DNA of 64,000 nt from Octopus sinensis (taxonomy: Eukaryota): assembly GCF_006345805.1 (NCBI RefSeq), contig NC_043005.1, forward strand, positions 91,698,001 to 91,762,000, given 5' to 3'. Shown in pieces: positions 37,681-49,099 of this stretch. The notes below the pieces were generated by a model. The model made no database searches. It was not told the DNA's origin and saw only the letters and a program-made list of their open reading frames with translations. The translations under genes were made by a program, and so were the position numbers. How positions within the stretch are numbered: position 1 is the first letter of the stretch; each line of letters begins with the position of its first letter.

Positions 37681-38978
37681 ATGGAGTTGAGCGCAGGTGT
37701 TATTCAAATTCTTTTACTTTCGAGATATGTTTTGAAGACAACACTGGTTTTATTCCAAAGGAATGAACGGTGTAAAATAACGTAATCTTCTCACGAGGAA
37801 AGAAAGAGAACCTATCTCAACAACAAGACATTATAACTATTCTCTAAGGTGATTCTCTAAGTATCACCTTGTTAACATACTTATAGAGCGACCTTACAAA
37901 CGTAAGCACTGGTAGAAACATACCTTTAGCTCATATTTATACCTGTCTGTATAGTCTGTATAGTTTGAACATTTAGTTCACCTTGCAAGCCTTTGAACAT
38001 TTTGTCAACCAATATATCCCTCTTTATTGCTCTCTATTTATTATTTCTTTACCCCTTCTCTTCCTATGGTCTGCCTTTGATGTCAGATCTGTGAGTTTTG
38101 ATAGTAAAGAGAGAGCTTTTGCTTATTCGAGGCTGCTACAATAGATTCAAAGTTAGGTGAGTTTGAATAAGATAGTTTCAGGGTGGATCTATTAAAGATA
38201 GAATGATATTTATGTTGTCGAGTAAGTTAGAGTCTAGTATTCTAAAGAATGATTTAGCTAAGTGTGGTAAGCGAGACCTGTTATTGTTAGTTGTTTTATT
38301 TGTTTTAGTTTTTGACCTATTGTTAAATGAATGTGTGTGGGTTCTACATTATCTGGGTGCAATGGCTTCCATGGTCTCATCAACTGTATGTTGGGAGAAG
38401 CCGCTAGCAGTGAGTGCTTTATTATAATATGGTACGTGATTATTGAAGATTTCTTCAGTGGAAGAGAGGTCAGATATGCGGGTTGAGATTCCTTTGATTA
38501 TATTATTAAAAGTGGATTTGTGGTGATTGGAATGGATGTTAAGGCATTTAAGGTATTGGTTAGGTTTGTGTTAAGGGGAGTATTGGGATGTTGATAAGTT
38601 TAGGGTTGCTTTCAGAAAGTTAGCAGTTTTGTGGGTGTTTTCGAATGTGATAGATAGGTTTAGGTTAGAAAAGAATTTATGTAGGTCCTTTCTGGTTCTT
38701 TCTAAGTAATTAGTAATTAATAAAGTGTCATCCCTATATAGGTCTCCCTTGATATTAGGGAAGCGCTTGTGGAGCTGGTGTAGTATATAAAGTCCAACTA
38801 AGTCAGTGACCTGAGCTGAATCCGAGGATCCCATGGTTATGTCGAAGAGGTTGCTACGGTTGATGCTATGGTTATTGGCCCGGCACTATAGTTTGCTATC
38901 AAAAGAAATAAGGGTATTGTGGGCATTAAGTATAATGTTAATTTCTAGTGGAGTTAGGTTAGTAAAGTTTCTAGCAAG

Positions 38979-38980
<2 letters not shown>
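37681..38980 (-). mobile_element. Penelope-like element (RT, linker, degenerate pLTR)
   Basis: MGSSDSAQVTDLVGLYIL...DLYRDDTL (PLE RT core); NIHSNHHKS..IIKGISTRISDLSS; FNRSTLKLSYSNSPN. No GIY-YIG domain recognised. Confidence 0.88.
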
Positions 38981-39044
<64 letters not shown>

Positions 39045-39046
<2 letters not shown>

Positions 39047-39705
39047 TCATCGTTTAGCGTCTGCTTTCCATGCTAGCATGGGTTGGACGGTTCAATTGGG
39101 ATCTGGGAAGCCAGAAGACTGCACCAGGCCCAGTCTGATCTGGCAATGTTTCTACGGCTGGATGCCCTTCCTAACGCCAACCACTCCATGAGTGTAGTGG
39201 GTGCTTTTATGTGCCAGACGAGGCTGGCAAATGGCCATGATTGGATGGTGCTTTTTACGTTCCACTGGCACGAGCCCAGTTGGGGTGGCGCTGGCAACGG
39301 CCACGTTCAGATGGTTATCTTACATACCACCAGCATTGGTATCACAGCTGCAATTTCCATTGATGTTGATCGATTTTGATTTTGATTTTGATTTTCATTT
39401 GCCTCAACAGGTCTTCACAAGTAGAGTTTTATGTCCCAAGAAGGAAAGGTATGCATAAGTGGACTGGCTACATCCCAGGTAGAGGCCACAGGTTATAGTC
39501 TCACTTGTCCTGCCGGGTCTTCTCACGCACAGCATACTTCCAAAGGTCTCGGTCTCTAGTCATTTCCTCGGTGAGACCTACAGTAAGAAGGTCGTGCTTC
39601 ACCACCTCGTCCCAGGTTTTCCTGGGCCTGCCTCTTCCACAGGTTCCCTCAACCGCTAGGGTGTGGCACTTTTTCACACAATTATCTTCATCCATTCTTG
39701 CCATC
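39045..39705 (-). mobile_element. RTE LINE 3' end: ORF2 terminus, 3' UTR and (GAT)n tail
   Basis: ...GRGRPRKTWDEVVKHDL...REKTRQDK* runs straight into the UTR with the 60-bp units and the tail, which ties that repeat to the RTE. Confidence 0.9.
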
Positions 39706-39744
39706 CATATATATATATGTTAACGTATATTAAAATACATTTGG

Positions 39745-39904
39745 GTGCGGGAGTGGCTGCGTGGTAAGCAACTTGCTTACCAACCACATGGTCCGGGTTC
39801 ATTACCACTGCGTGACACCTTGGGAAGTGTCTAACCAAGACCTTGTGAGTGGATTTGGTAGATGGAAACTGAAAGGTATATATATATATATATACCTTTC
39901 ACAT

Positions 39905-39935
<31 letters not shown>

Positions 39936-40098
39936 CGATGGGCGTCTTTCAGTTTCCATCTACCAAATCCACTCACAAGGCTTTGGTCAGCCTGAGTCTA
40001 TAGTAGAAGACACTTGCCCAAAGTGCCATGCAGTGGGATTGAACCCGGAACCATGTGGTTCGTAAGCAAGCTACTAACGACACAGTCACTCCTACGCC
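39745..40098. mobile_element. Tail-to-tail inverted pair of family-B SINEs
   Basis: Forward copy about 39745-39875 and reverse copy about 39935-40098. Perfect 35-bp complementarity 39841-39875 / 39946-39980. Confidence 0.85.
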
Positions 40099-40109
40099 TA
40101 TATATATAT

Positions 40110-40560
40110 ATACATTAATAAATATAATATGGGACAATTATTCGGTAGCCATGATAAAACTCCATGTTTCAGATGTCAGGGCGGAAACCCACATTGGCAT
40201 CTGTTCAGTTATTGGGCCATCGAAAAAGTTCTAGGAAAATGACCATGAAACAAAGAGGAAGTACTGTGTGATTGACTGTTATTAAGTCAAAAGAGCTATT
40301 AGAATGATTGCTAATTAAGGGGAGAGAGTAAAGGGAGGGGAGGTAAGATGTTCATAGTAATCGTGGAAGCGTGCATGTCCATACACACACATGCATGCCT
40401 GCACACCCACGTACATGCGCCTATATATATATACTTATTCACCCTCACTTGAAACACATACATGCTCACCCACACATTCACCAAAAAAATATATGCATAC
40501 CTGCATACAGGCTCGCGCGCACACACACACACAAAAAAAGGTTCATAAACGCGTTTATAT
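40110..40560. repeat. Unclassified dispersed repeat (second copy ~51060-51500)
   Basis: Shared blocks such as gacaatta.tcggt.gccat.ataaaactc...gtttc.gatgtc.gg and aaaagagctattagaatga.tg, followed by (CA/TA)-rich sequence. Confidence 0.7.
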
Positions 40561-40572
40561 ATGCATATGCAT

Positions 40573-40930
40573 GAGAAAAAACAGGGCTAAAGGCAAAATA
40601 CTGAAAAATATGTTAAAAAAAGTGTAAAAAATAAGCAATAAGAGTAAAACATGTCTATATATGCACATACTCGCATGCACGCACACACATGTCTATATAT
40701 GCACATGCCCACAGACGTCTATATATGCACACACACATGCACAAAAATGTTTCATACACATGTCTATATACGCACATGCACAAGAAAAAAACAGGGCTAA
40801 AGGTAAAATACAGAAACATGTAAAAAAAAAGTGTAAAAAATAAGCAATAAGATTAAAACACATCTATATATGCACATACATGCATGCACACACACGTCTA
40901 TATATGAACATACCACACACATGCACACAT
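40573..40930 (+). repeat. Local tandem duplication of a ~210-bp unit
   Basis: gaaaaaacagggctaaagg.aaaatac...aaagtgtaaaaaataagcaataaga at ~40573 and ~40783. Confidence 0.8.
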
Positions 40931-40959
40931 CCATACGTGCACATGTCAGAACAAGAGAG

Positions 40960-42140
40960 GAGAGGTGGGTGGGAGTGAAGGGGGGTAATAGGTGTGAGTG
41001 GAAGAGAGGAGAGGGGGTTAGATGAAGAGGGTAGGGGAGTTGAGCCATGTAGGAGCAAAGAAAGAAGATCAATTCCTGTTCATGGCGAAGCCGGGAATCC
41101 AGATGGCCCTGTGCAAGGACAGTCCAAACACAGACAGGTGTTGTAAAGAGTGACTGGTAGAGCAGAAATGGTGTGAGACCGGGGTATTGTTGCCATGTCT
41201 GATGTCTCGAAGGTGTTCCACGGACCAATCAGCCAAGCGGTGTCCCGTTTGACCAATGTACAGAGAAGGACAGAGAGACTAGGAGATGCAGTTGTTGACG
41301 TTGCTAGAAGTGCAGGTTAAGGAGTCAGTGATATGATAGATTCGATGATGGGTGCCAGTGAGGATGGTGTTGTTGGAGAGGTAAGGGCAAGTGCAGCAGC
41401 ATGAGCGGGAGCAGGGGAATGAGCCGGGTTGGGAGGTTGGGTTAGGGAAGAAACTGTGGACCAGGAGGTTGCATAGATTGTGGGCTAGTTTGAAGGAGAG
41501 AAGGGGTCAGTTAGGGAAGATGTGTCAAGTGGAGGGGTTGGACTGTAGTCGCCGGAAGGCTCGGAGAATGTTGCGTTGGGGAGATAGGGTGGAGGGGTGG
41601 TATGTGAGGGGAAACGAGTGATGGTGGGGCGGGTGCAGGGGAGAGAGCATGGTCCACAGAATGTGCTCTGCCAAGGACAGTGTAGATAGTGGTGAGGGGA
41701 TATCCATGTAGGATGAAGTGGTGAGCCATGAGTTGAGACAGTCTCAAAGTCGTGGTTGTCACTGCAGAGCCTGTACAGACATAGGAATTGGGAATAGGAG
41801 ATGGAGAGCTTGGTGTGTTTAGGGTGGAAGGAGTAGAAGTTGAGGTATGAGTGTGAGTCTTTGTGAGAGTGGAGTGATGAATGCAGACCGAAATGTCGAG
41901 AAAGGTGATGGAAGTGTTGGAAATAGTGCAGGAGAAGTGGAGGGCAGGATGGAAAGATTGGACAAAAGAGAGGAAAGAGTCTATTTGTTTGCGGGAGAGT
42001 GAGGTTGCACCGATACAGTCATCAATATAACGACCATATAGTTCGGGAGTGGGACCAGTGAAACTTGAGAATATTTGGGCCTCAATGTAGTCAACGAGCA
42101 GGTTCGCATAGTTGGGGCCCATTCTCGTTCCCATGGCCAA
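40960..42140 (-). mobile_element. Penelope-like element (RT + GIY-YIG), degraded
   Basis: MGTRMGPNYANL...YGRYIDDCIG...ITFLDISV; endonuclease CPSLYIGQTGHRLAD..EHLRDI at ~41180-41270. Confidence 0.9.
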
Positions 42141-42610
42141 ATATATATACATTTATATATAGATATATATTTATGAAAAAGAAGAACGAAAACGCTATTT
42201 TTATGAAAAATTGGGTACATTTTAATTTTCTTTATATAAATACATTAAAAGAAGAATGTTTTGGTTTTGTTTGACATGTTTCGGTTTTTGAAAAAGAGCT
42301 ATTAATAAACTTAAATCAAAATTAAAATAAGCATTCATAGTTTAATTTCCTTTCTTCTTCAAATGTAGATAGTAGTAATTTCCCATTACAGACAGTACCT
42401 AAAGAGACCCAGAATGGGTCGAAACATGTGTTGTGCCCAATAAAGTCTGTTGCACATTTCATCTATTTTATTTATACTGTTACCCCCCCCCCTGCCACGA
42501 TGAAGTTCATGCAATAAATCTACGGATAACAACAGGTAATTGAAACTGTGCTGTTGCTTTACTCATTGTCTATTTATACATTTTGTATAATTTCTCCATT
42601 ATATATATAT

Positions 42611-42795
42611 GGCACGTAAAAAGCACCCACTACACTCACGGAGTGGTTGGCGTTAGGAAGGGCATCCAGCTGTAGAAACATTGCCAGATTAGACTGGAGC
42701 CTGGTGCAGCTTTCTGGCTTACCAGAACCCCGGTTGAACCGTCCAACCCATGCTAGCATGGAGAACGGACGTTAAACGATGATGATGATGATGCT
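42611..42795 (+). mobile_element. RTE 3' UTR fragment
   Basis: ggcacgtaaaaagcacccactacactcacggagtgg...ggacgttaaacgatgatgatg. Confidence 0.85.
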
Positions 42796-42805
42796 GATGA
42801 TATAT

Positions 42806-43118
42806 ATCACTGTGATCACCATGACTGATTAGGCTATGAAATGTTGCTACACATCGCTGGTCACAATGCACTTTGCATTGTTTTAGCCTTCAAACGATGC
42901 CACCCCGCTGGCCAAGTGAGCAGGCCAACAGAAGAAAGAATGAGAGAAAGTTGCGGCAAAAGAGTACAGCAGGGATCGCCACCATCCCCTGCCGGAGCCT
43001 TGTGGAGCTTTAGGTGTTTTTGCTCAATAAACACTCACAAGACCCGGTCTAGGAATTGAAACTGCGATCCTATGGCCGCGAGTCTGCTGCCCTAACCACT
43101 GGGCCATTGCGCCTCCAC
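42806..43118 (-). mobile_element. Full-length tRNA-derived SINE (family D)
   Basis: Minus strand head gaggcgcaatggcccagtggttagggcagcagactcg...gtttcaattcc (A/B-box-like), then a non-tRNA body. Confidence 0.8.
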
Positions 43119-43142
43119 TTATATATATATATATATATATAT

Positions 43143-43527
43143 ATGCACAGGAGTAGCTGTGTGGTAATTAGTTTGCTTACCAACCACATGGCTCTGGGTT
43201 CAGTCCCACTGTGTGGCACCTTGAGCAAGTGTCTTCTACAACCTTGGGTTGATCAAAACCTTGTGAGTGGATTTGGTAGACAGAAACTGAAGAAGCCCAT
43301 CGTGTATATATATATATATATGTGTGTATGTTTGTTTGTGTTTGTCGCCCCACCACTGCTTGACAACCAATGTGTTTACATCCCCATAACTTTGCCTGTT
43401 TGGCAAAAGAGACTGATAGAATAAGTACTAAGCTTACAAAGAATAAATCCTGGAGTTGATTTGTTCGACTAAAGGCGGTGCTCCAGCATGGTCACAGTCA
43501 AATGACTGAAACAAATAAAAGAATATA
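43143..43527 (+). mobile_element. Full-length family-B SINE
   Basis: Head tagctgtgtggtaattag...gggttcagtcccac, core ccttgagcaagtgtcttcta, internal microsatellite, tail ggcggtgctccagcatggtcacagtcaaatgactgaaac. Confidence 0.85.
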
Positions 43528-43539
43528 TATAGGTGTATA

Positions 43540-43980
43540 TGACCTGTTGAGGCAAGTGAAATCAAAATCAAATTTGATGACTGGCATCTGTGCTAGTGGA
43601 GCACTAAGAGCACCATCCGAGCATGATTGTTGCAAGAGCAGCTAACTGGCGTCCATACCGCTGGCATGTAAAAAGCACCATTCAAGTGTGATCGTTACTA
43701 GTGTTGCCTTACTGGCACTTGTGCCGGTGTGCAGGTGGCACATAAAAAAAAAAACTTTTGAGCGTGGCTGTTGCCAGTACCACCTGACTGCCCATCGTAC
43801 TGGTGGCATGTAAAAGCACCCACTACACTCTCAGAGTGGTTGGCGTTAGGAAGGGCATCCAGCTGTAGAAACTCTACCAGATTAAGATTGGAGCCTGGTG
43901 CAGCCATCTGGTTCGCCAGTCCTCAGTCAAATCGTCCAACCCATGCTAGCATGGAAAGCGGACGTTAAATGATGATGATA
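43540..43980 (+). mobile_element. RTE 3' UTR fragment with diverged tandem units
   Basis: gacctgttgaggcaagtgaaatcaaaatc (matches 39385-39415 reversed), then the units and a (GAT)n tail. Confidence 0.8.
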
Positions 43981-43983
43981 TCA

Positions 43984-44280
43984 ACTGGCACTCCATCTGT
44001 TATGATGTTGAGGGTTCCAGTTGATCTGATCTATGGAACAGTCTGCCCAGGAAATTAATGTGCAAGTAGCTGATCACTCCACAGATATGTGTACCCGTAA
44101 TGTAGTTCTCAGGGTGATTCAGTGTGACACAGAATATAAGACTGGCCCTTTGAAATACAGGTACTACTCAATTTTGCCAGCTGAGTGGACTGAAGCAACG
44201 TGAAATAAAATGTCTTGCGCATGGGCACAATGTGTTACTGGAAATACCCTAACCACCTGCTAGAAATTGAACTCATGACC
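43984..44280 (-). mobile_element. SINE family E (second copy 57855-58208)
   Basis: Shared ggccctttgaaatacagg...ccagctgagt.gactg.a.caa.gtgaaataaa.tgtcttg. tRNA-like head on the minus strand (gaattgaactca.gacc). Confidence 0.7.
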
Positions 44281-44429
44281 TGCTGGTGCTAAAGTAATTC
44301 TGTAATCTTTTTTTTTCTCTCATGTGCTTGTCTAACAAGTTCCGCAGATACATCATGCATAGTTGAGTTGTTACCATTATTTAAGGGTATCACTCTGTAA
44401 ATTCACTTGCTCCATCAAGTAAAAATTTA

Positions 44430-44636
44430 GCAGAATCGTTAGTACACCGGGCGAAATGCTTAGCAGTATTTTGTCTGCCGTTACGTTCTGAGTTAATATT
44501 CCGCCGAGGTCGACTTTGCCTTTCATGCTTTCGGGGTTGATAAATTAAGTACCAGTTACGCACTAGGGTCGATATAATTGACTTAATCCGTTTGTCCTCT
44601 CTGTGTTTAGCCCCTTGTGGGTAGTAAAGAAATAGG
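44430..44636 (+). mobile_element. Family-C SINE
   Basis: gcagaatcgttag...ccgccgaggtcgactttgcc...aaagaaatagg. Confidence 0.85.
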
Positions 44637-45784
44637 TTTTCAAAAACTATGGCACTTATGCTAGAATTGAGAAAATGTAATACAATTAAAAAAAAAAAAC
44701 CCCAAAAGACCAATTATGAATAATCGAAATATATTAATCCTTTAGTGTTTAATTTTCATTCTACAATTAATTAAGGTTAAATAACAAGAAAAATAAACTG
44801 TATGAATGGAAAATGTAATAAAAATGTGATTGTATTCCTGAAAAGTTATTGATATATGAATAATAATTAAAATTGAAACAAATTCTCTGTATTGTATAAT
44901 TTTCTTTCCCCTTTGAATACCTGTGCATTAATGAGTTAAACGAAAGAGCAGGTGAAAGTTTTCATTCATTGCTCTGTAAGTCTGCGAGATATTATTACAT
45001 TATTCAACTTTTTGTCATTCCGATAAGTATTATTTCCCTGATTCTGTTTGACAACTAATTAAATATTTATAAAAATCAAGTTTTAATTTTCTTTCTTCAT
45101 AAAAAAAAAAATTCATCAAGAGAATAAAAAAAAGCAATTAAGCATTCAATAAATGGAATCATTTTCGTTTTTTAAATGCATTTCTATATTTCCTTTGTGA
45201 GGTAAATGTTGGTACACTTTCTCAATAAATTTCCAAGTGTGAGGTAGGAAAAATATTCAGATTGTTGCCTTTTAAATGACAACTATTACTTATTGAAATC
45301 TGAAAGTAACACACACACAAGTTGTTGTTACTGTTGTTATTGGATGCTTGTGGTCAGTTCTGATCAAGAAGTCTAGACAATGTGATAGTTAAATAGAAGT
45401 GTGCTTACTTTTTACTCCTTTCTTTTTATCAGCTTTCTTTATTATTTCCATTAAAACCATTGTTCTGCAAAAGCTATATTCAGTGTACCATAATGTAGGT
45501 TAGCTTGAAAATATAACTGCTTATTCTGTATTTCATGACTTGTGGGGTTGTTTGGCATTTGAGATTGGCTCCTTCATACCTTGCTTGAATGGTTAGGTGG
45601 CAGTAGTGGTAGTTGTACTAGTAGGCTAATGCAAAATTGACTTGGTTAATGTTAGAATGTATCATAGGTTCTACTTCTGTACAGAATTGGGGCATAGAAT
45701 GCATTTACTTTAGCATCTAAAAGTATTTTGAGTTTGTGTAAGAGAAGGAGAGAGAGAGAGAGAGAGAGAGATTTTAATGTCTCT

Positions 45785-45820
<36 letters not shown>

Positions 45821-46279
45821 ATGAGCAGTTATTGAATTTGTATTTGAAGATATTATATGGGCTGAAATAAACAATAACTTCTTATACAACTAGTCAATGG
45901 CAGAGACACAAAGTGGAACATCAAAAAGCTTTCATGAAATACAATGTGATAATGTGTTTTTTTTTTAATAATTTTTACATGTTTTTTTCTTTTTCTCAAC
46001 CTTCATGCTTATATATACTTGATGGTTTAAGAAATTTAGAAATACGGGTTTCTGTAGACTTTCTCTTATGGTTGGATGCTTGCATGTATGCCAATCATTG
46101 GAACATGAAATGTGAGCAGAATGCATACATGTATATGTTTGTATGTAACCCTTCTTAATTTCTCCATGATGGACCAATTTTCAGGGAGCATGCAAAAAGG
46201 AAAAGAAAAAAACTTGGTCAAGAAATGATAAGTAAATATATAATGGATTGAATAAAGAGACAGCTGTAGGTAAGGAAAC

Positions 46280-46500
46280 TCATCATCATCATCATCATTT
46301 AACGTCTGCTTTCCATGCTAGCATGGGTTGGACGATTTGTCTGAGGGCTGGTGAACCAGACTCCAATCTGATCTGGCAGAGTTTCTACAGCTGGATGCCC
46401 TTCTTAATGCCAACCACTCCGAGTGTAGTGAGTGCTTTTACGTGCCACTGGCACGAGGGCCAGTCTGGTGGTACTGGCAACGGCCACGCCCAGTCTAAAT
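46280..46500 (-). mobile_element. RTE 3' UTR fragment
   Basis: (CAT)n then ttaacgtctgctttccatgctagcatgggttggacg...ggatgcccttc. Confidence 0.8.
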
Positions 46501-46574
46501 ATAGCCAAGGCACTTATTTTCGAACTGCAATGGATTTAGGTTTGATTTTACTGTATGGTAAGTGCCATCTACTA

Positions 46575-46905
46575 TCCTGTTGCATGTTTTAGTCATTTGA
46601 CTGTGGCCATGTTGGAGCACTACCTTAAAGGGTTTTAGTCAATGAAATTGACTCCAGGACTTATTCTTTATAAGCTCAGTACTTATTCTATTGGTCTCTT
46701 TTTGCCGAACCACTAAGTTATGGGGGCATAAACACACCAGCATCGGTTGTCAAGTGATGGTGGGGGTACAAACATAGACACACATACACAAGCATAAATA
46801 CACACACACACACACATGATGGGTTTCTTTCAGTTTCCATCTACCAAATCTACTCACATGGCTTTGGTTGGCCCGAGGCTATAGAAGACACTTGCCCAAG
46901 CTTCT
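46575..46905 (-). mobile_element. Family-B SINE
   Basis: Reverse tail actgtggccatgttggagcac and core cagtttccatctaccaaatc. Confidence 0.75.
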
Positions 46906-47548
46906 TACCAGACAACCACACCTGCAGAAATACCAGTCAAACCTCTTCAAAACTACAAGCTTTATTAACTCGAAAAAAGTGGGACACAATGAAGTATCCC
47001 TAAATATCTGGAGAAAGGATTTGATGGTAACAGCTGGAATGTCTTTGGTATAAGGTCTGCTTAATCAGGGCTGAATATGAACTGAACATGTTGAGTGTGA
47101 ACAACTCACACACACACACACACACACAGATATTAGTAGACATTCCACACACAGTCTCTATGCTAAACATACAGATACCAACATACACATTCAGTTATTG
47201 TTTCACACTCACACACACACTCTCACTATCTCATACAGTTACACACACACAACAGCAAACAATCAGCGTCATATTTTCCATTTATTATTTATTGGAACGT
47301 TAAAATCTTTGTGGGGCTTGTCGGGGGAGGAGGAGGAGGAGGGTGACTATAATGACCATAGCAGACTGACATGTCAGTCTTACCAAACCAATTTTATTAA
47401 TATAAATATGGAAGCGAGGGTTGGTGACAGGAAGTGCATCTGATCATAGAAAATCTGCCTCAACAAATTGTCTGATACCATGCAGGCATGGAGAATTGGA
47501 CATTAAATGATGAGATCTTAAATGCTGATGGTAATTTGTGACGTAAAA

Positions 47549-47780
47549 GGTGGTGAGCTGGCAGAAATGTTAGCACGCCAGGCGAAATGTTTAGCAGTAT
47601 TTCGTCTGCTGCTACCTTCTGAGTTCAAATTCCGGCGAGGTAGACTTAGCCTTTCATCCTTTCGGGGTCGATAAATTAAGTACCAGTTAGGCACTGGAGT
47701 CGATATAATCGACTTAATCCCTTTGTCTGTCCTTGTTTGTCCCCTCTATGTTTAGCCCCTTATGGGCAATAAAGAAATAG
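47549..47780 (+). mobile_element. Family-C SINE with 18-bp target-site duplication
   Basis: gtaatttgtgacgtaaaa at 47531-47548 and 47781-47798. Confidence 0.92.
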
Positions 47781-47885
47781 GTAATTTGTGACGTAAAATG
47801 CCTCGTGATACTTGTTTTGATTCTCTGGAAGTCTGAGTTCATATCTGGCTGAAGTTAACTTTGTCTTTCATGGCTTTGAGGTATT

Positions 47886-47918
<33 letters not shown>

Positions 47919-48394
47919 AAAATACCAATCAAGGGTTGTAGATTGGTGATACTATGAGAATGCTGGAGTATTTGTTTCAGTTTTTTGTGTGTCTGAATTC
48001 AAATCCTTCTATGGCCTATTTGGCAGGATTTCAACTCAGAATATTTCTTCAGCTGGAATAGATATTGCATCCAATGCTCTCACAATTCTTGCAATCCGCC
48101 ATCCTAGACTGGTATCTTTTATCAATAATGAAAGCATGAAATGTTAAGTTGACGTGAGTGCAATTTTGACTCAGAATGCAGAGAACTAGAACAAATAATA
48201 AAAAGCATTCAAGCTAATTTTCTAACGCCTCTGCCATTTTACTACCACAAAATTAGATGGGGAATGTAAAGACCTGCTAAAAATAAATGCCAGCTATAAA
48301 GTTACTATCAGTGTTCTAGACCCCTATTTTACATTAAAATGGCTCCAAAATGCATGTCTTTCACCGTTTTCTTGTTTCAGTTATTGAACTGTGG

Positions 48395-48800
48395 CCATGC
48401 TGGGGCACTGCTTCGGCAACTCTTAGCGTAAAAATATGTTTCCAAAAGTCATGGGAGCTGTGCTGTTTTCTGACTTTGTAAACATGTCCACGGGTGTTAG
48501 ACGGGTGGAGTTTGAAAAGGTGCTCAGAGTTATTGTTTGTAAGATGGTTAATAATTTTATGGGTGTCTGCCAAGTCAGCTGCCAGACGTCGGAGTTTCAA
48601 TGTGTCCATGCCCAGGGAAGTAAGGCGTTCAGAATATGGCAAATGCCTGATGGAGGGTATTCTCTTGGTTGCACATCGCTGAACGGCTTCCAGACGATTA
48701 ATATCCTGGGCAAGATAGGGGTTCCAGACTATTAACTGCAGTTTAAAGGATGTGGATAACATGTGGTTTATTAGTTGTGTGGGGTACACAATGAGACATA
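48395..48800 (-). mobile_element. CR1-clade LINE ORF2 C-terminal fragment
   Basis: VWNPYLAQDINRLEAVQRCATKRIP...YSERL..LGMDTLKLRR...TRGH.YK...FTLRV. Confidence 0.92.
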
Positions 48801-49099
48801 AGAGGATCTGCTGATTAGATACTCAATCCTGAACAAGACCCAATATATAACGAAACACCCAACACAGGAGCAAAAGAGAAGTTGGAAAACAATCAAGGTC
48901 GTTACCAAATTGAGAAAACACCCAAGTAAGCTAGAAACTGATGGTGTGATGATAGTGCGAGTAATTGATGTGCACGCTCATAGAGTCCATAACTTATGAA
49001 ATAGATATTGTAGTTAAAGACATACTCTATCTACTACTCTTGCCTTTGGTTTTCGTGAATAAACTACTCTTTTGCTGGGACACTGAAGGATTTTTTCTA

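Noticed and set aside
43040-43118. tRNA gene
   Set aside because: A/B boxes are present but there is no complete cloverleaf and it continues into a repeated SINE body. The same applies to the other SINE heads.
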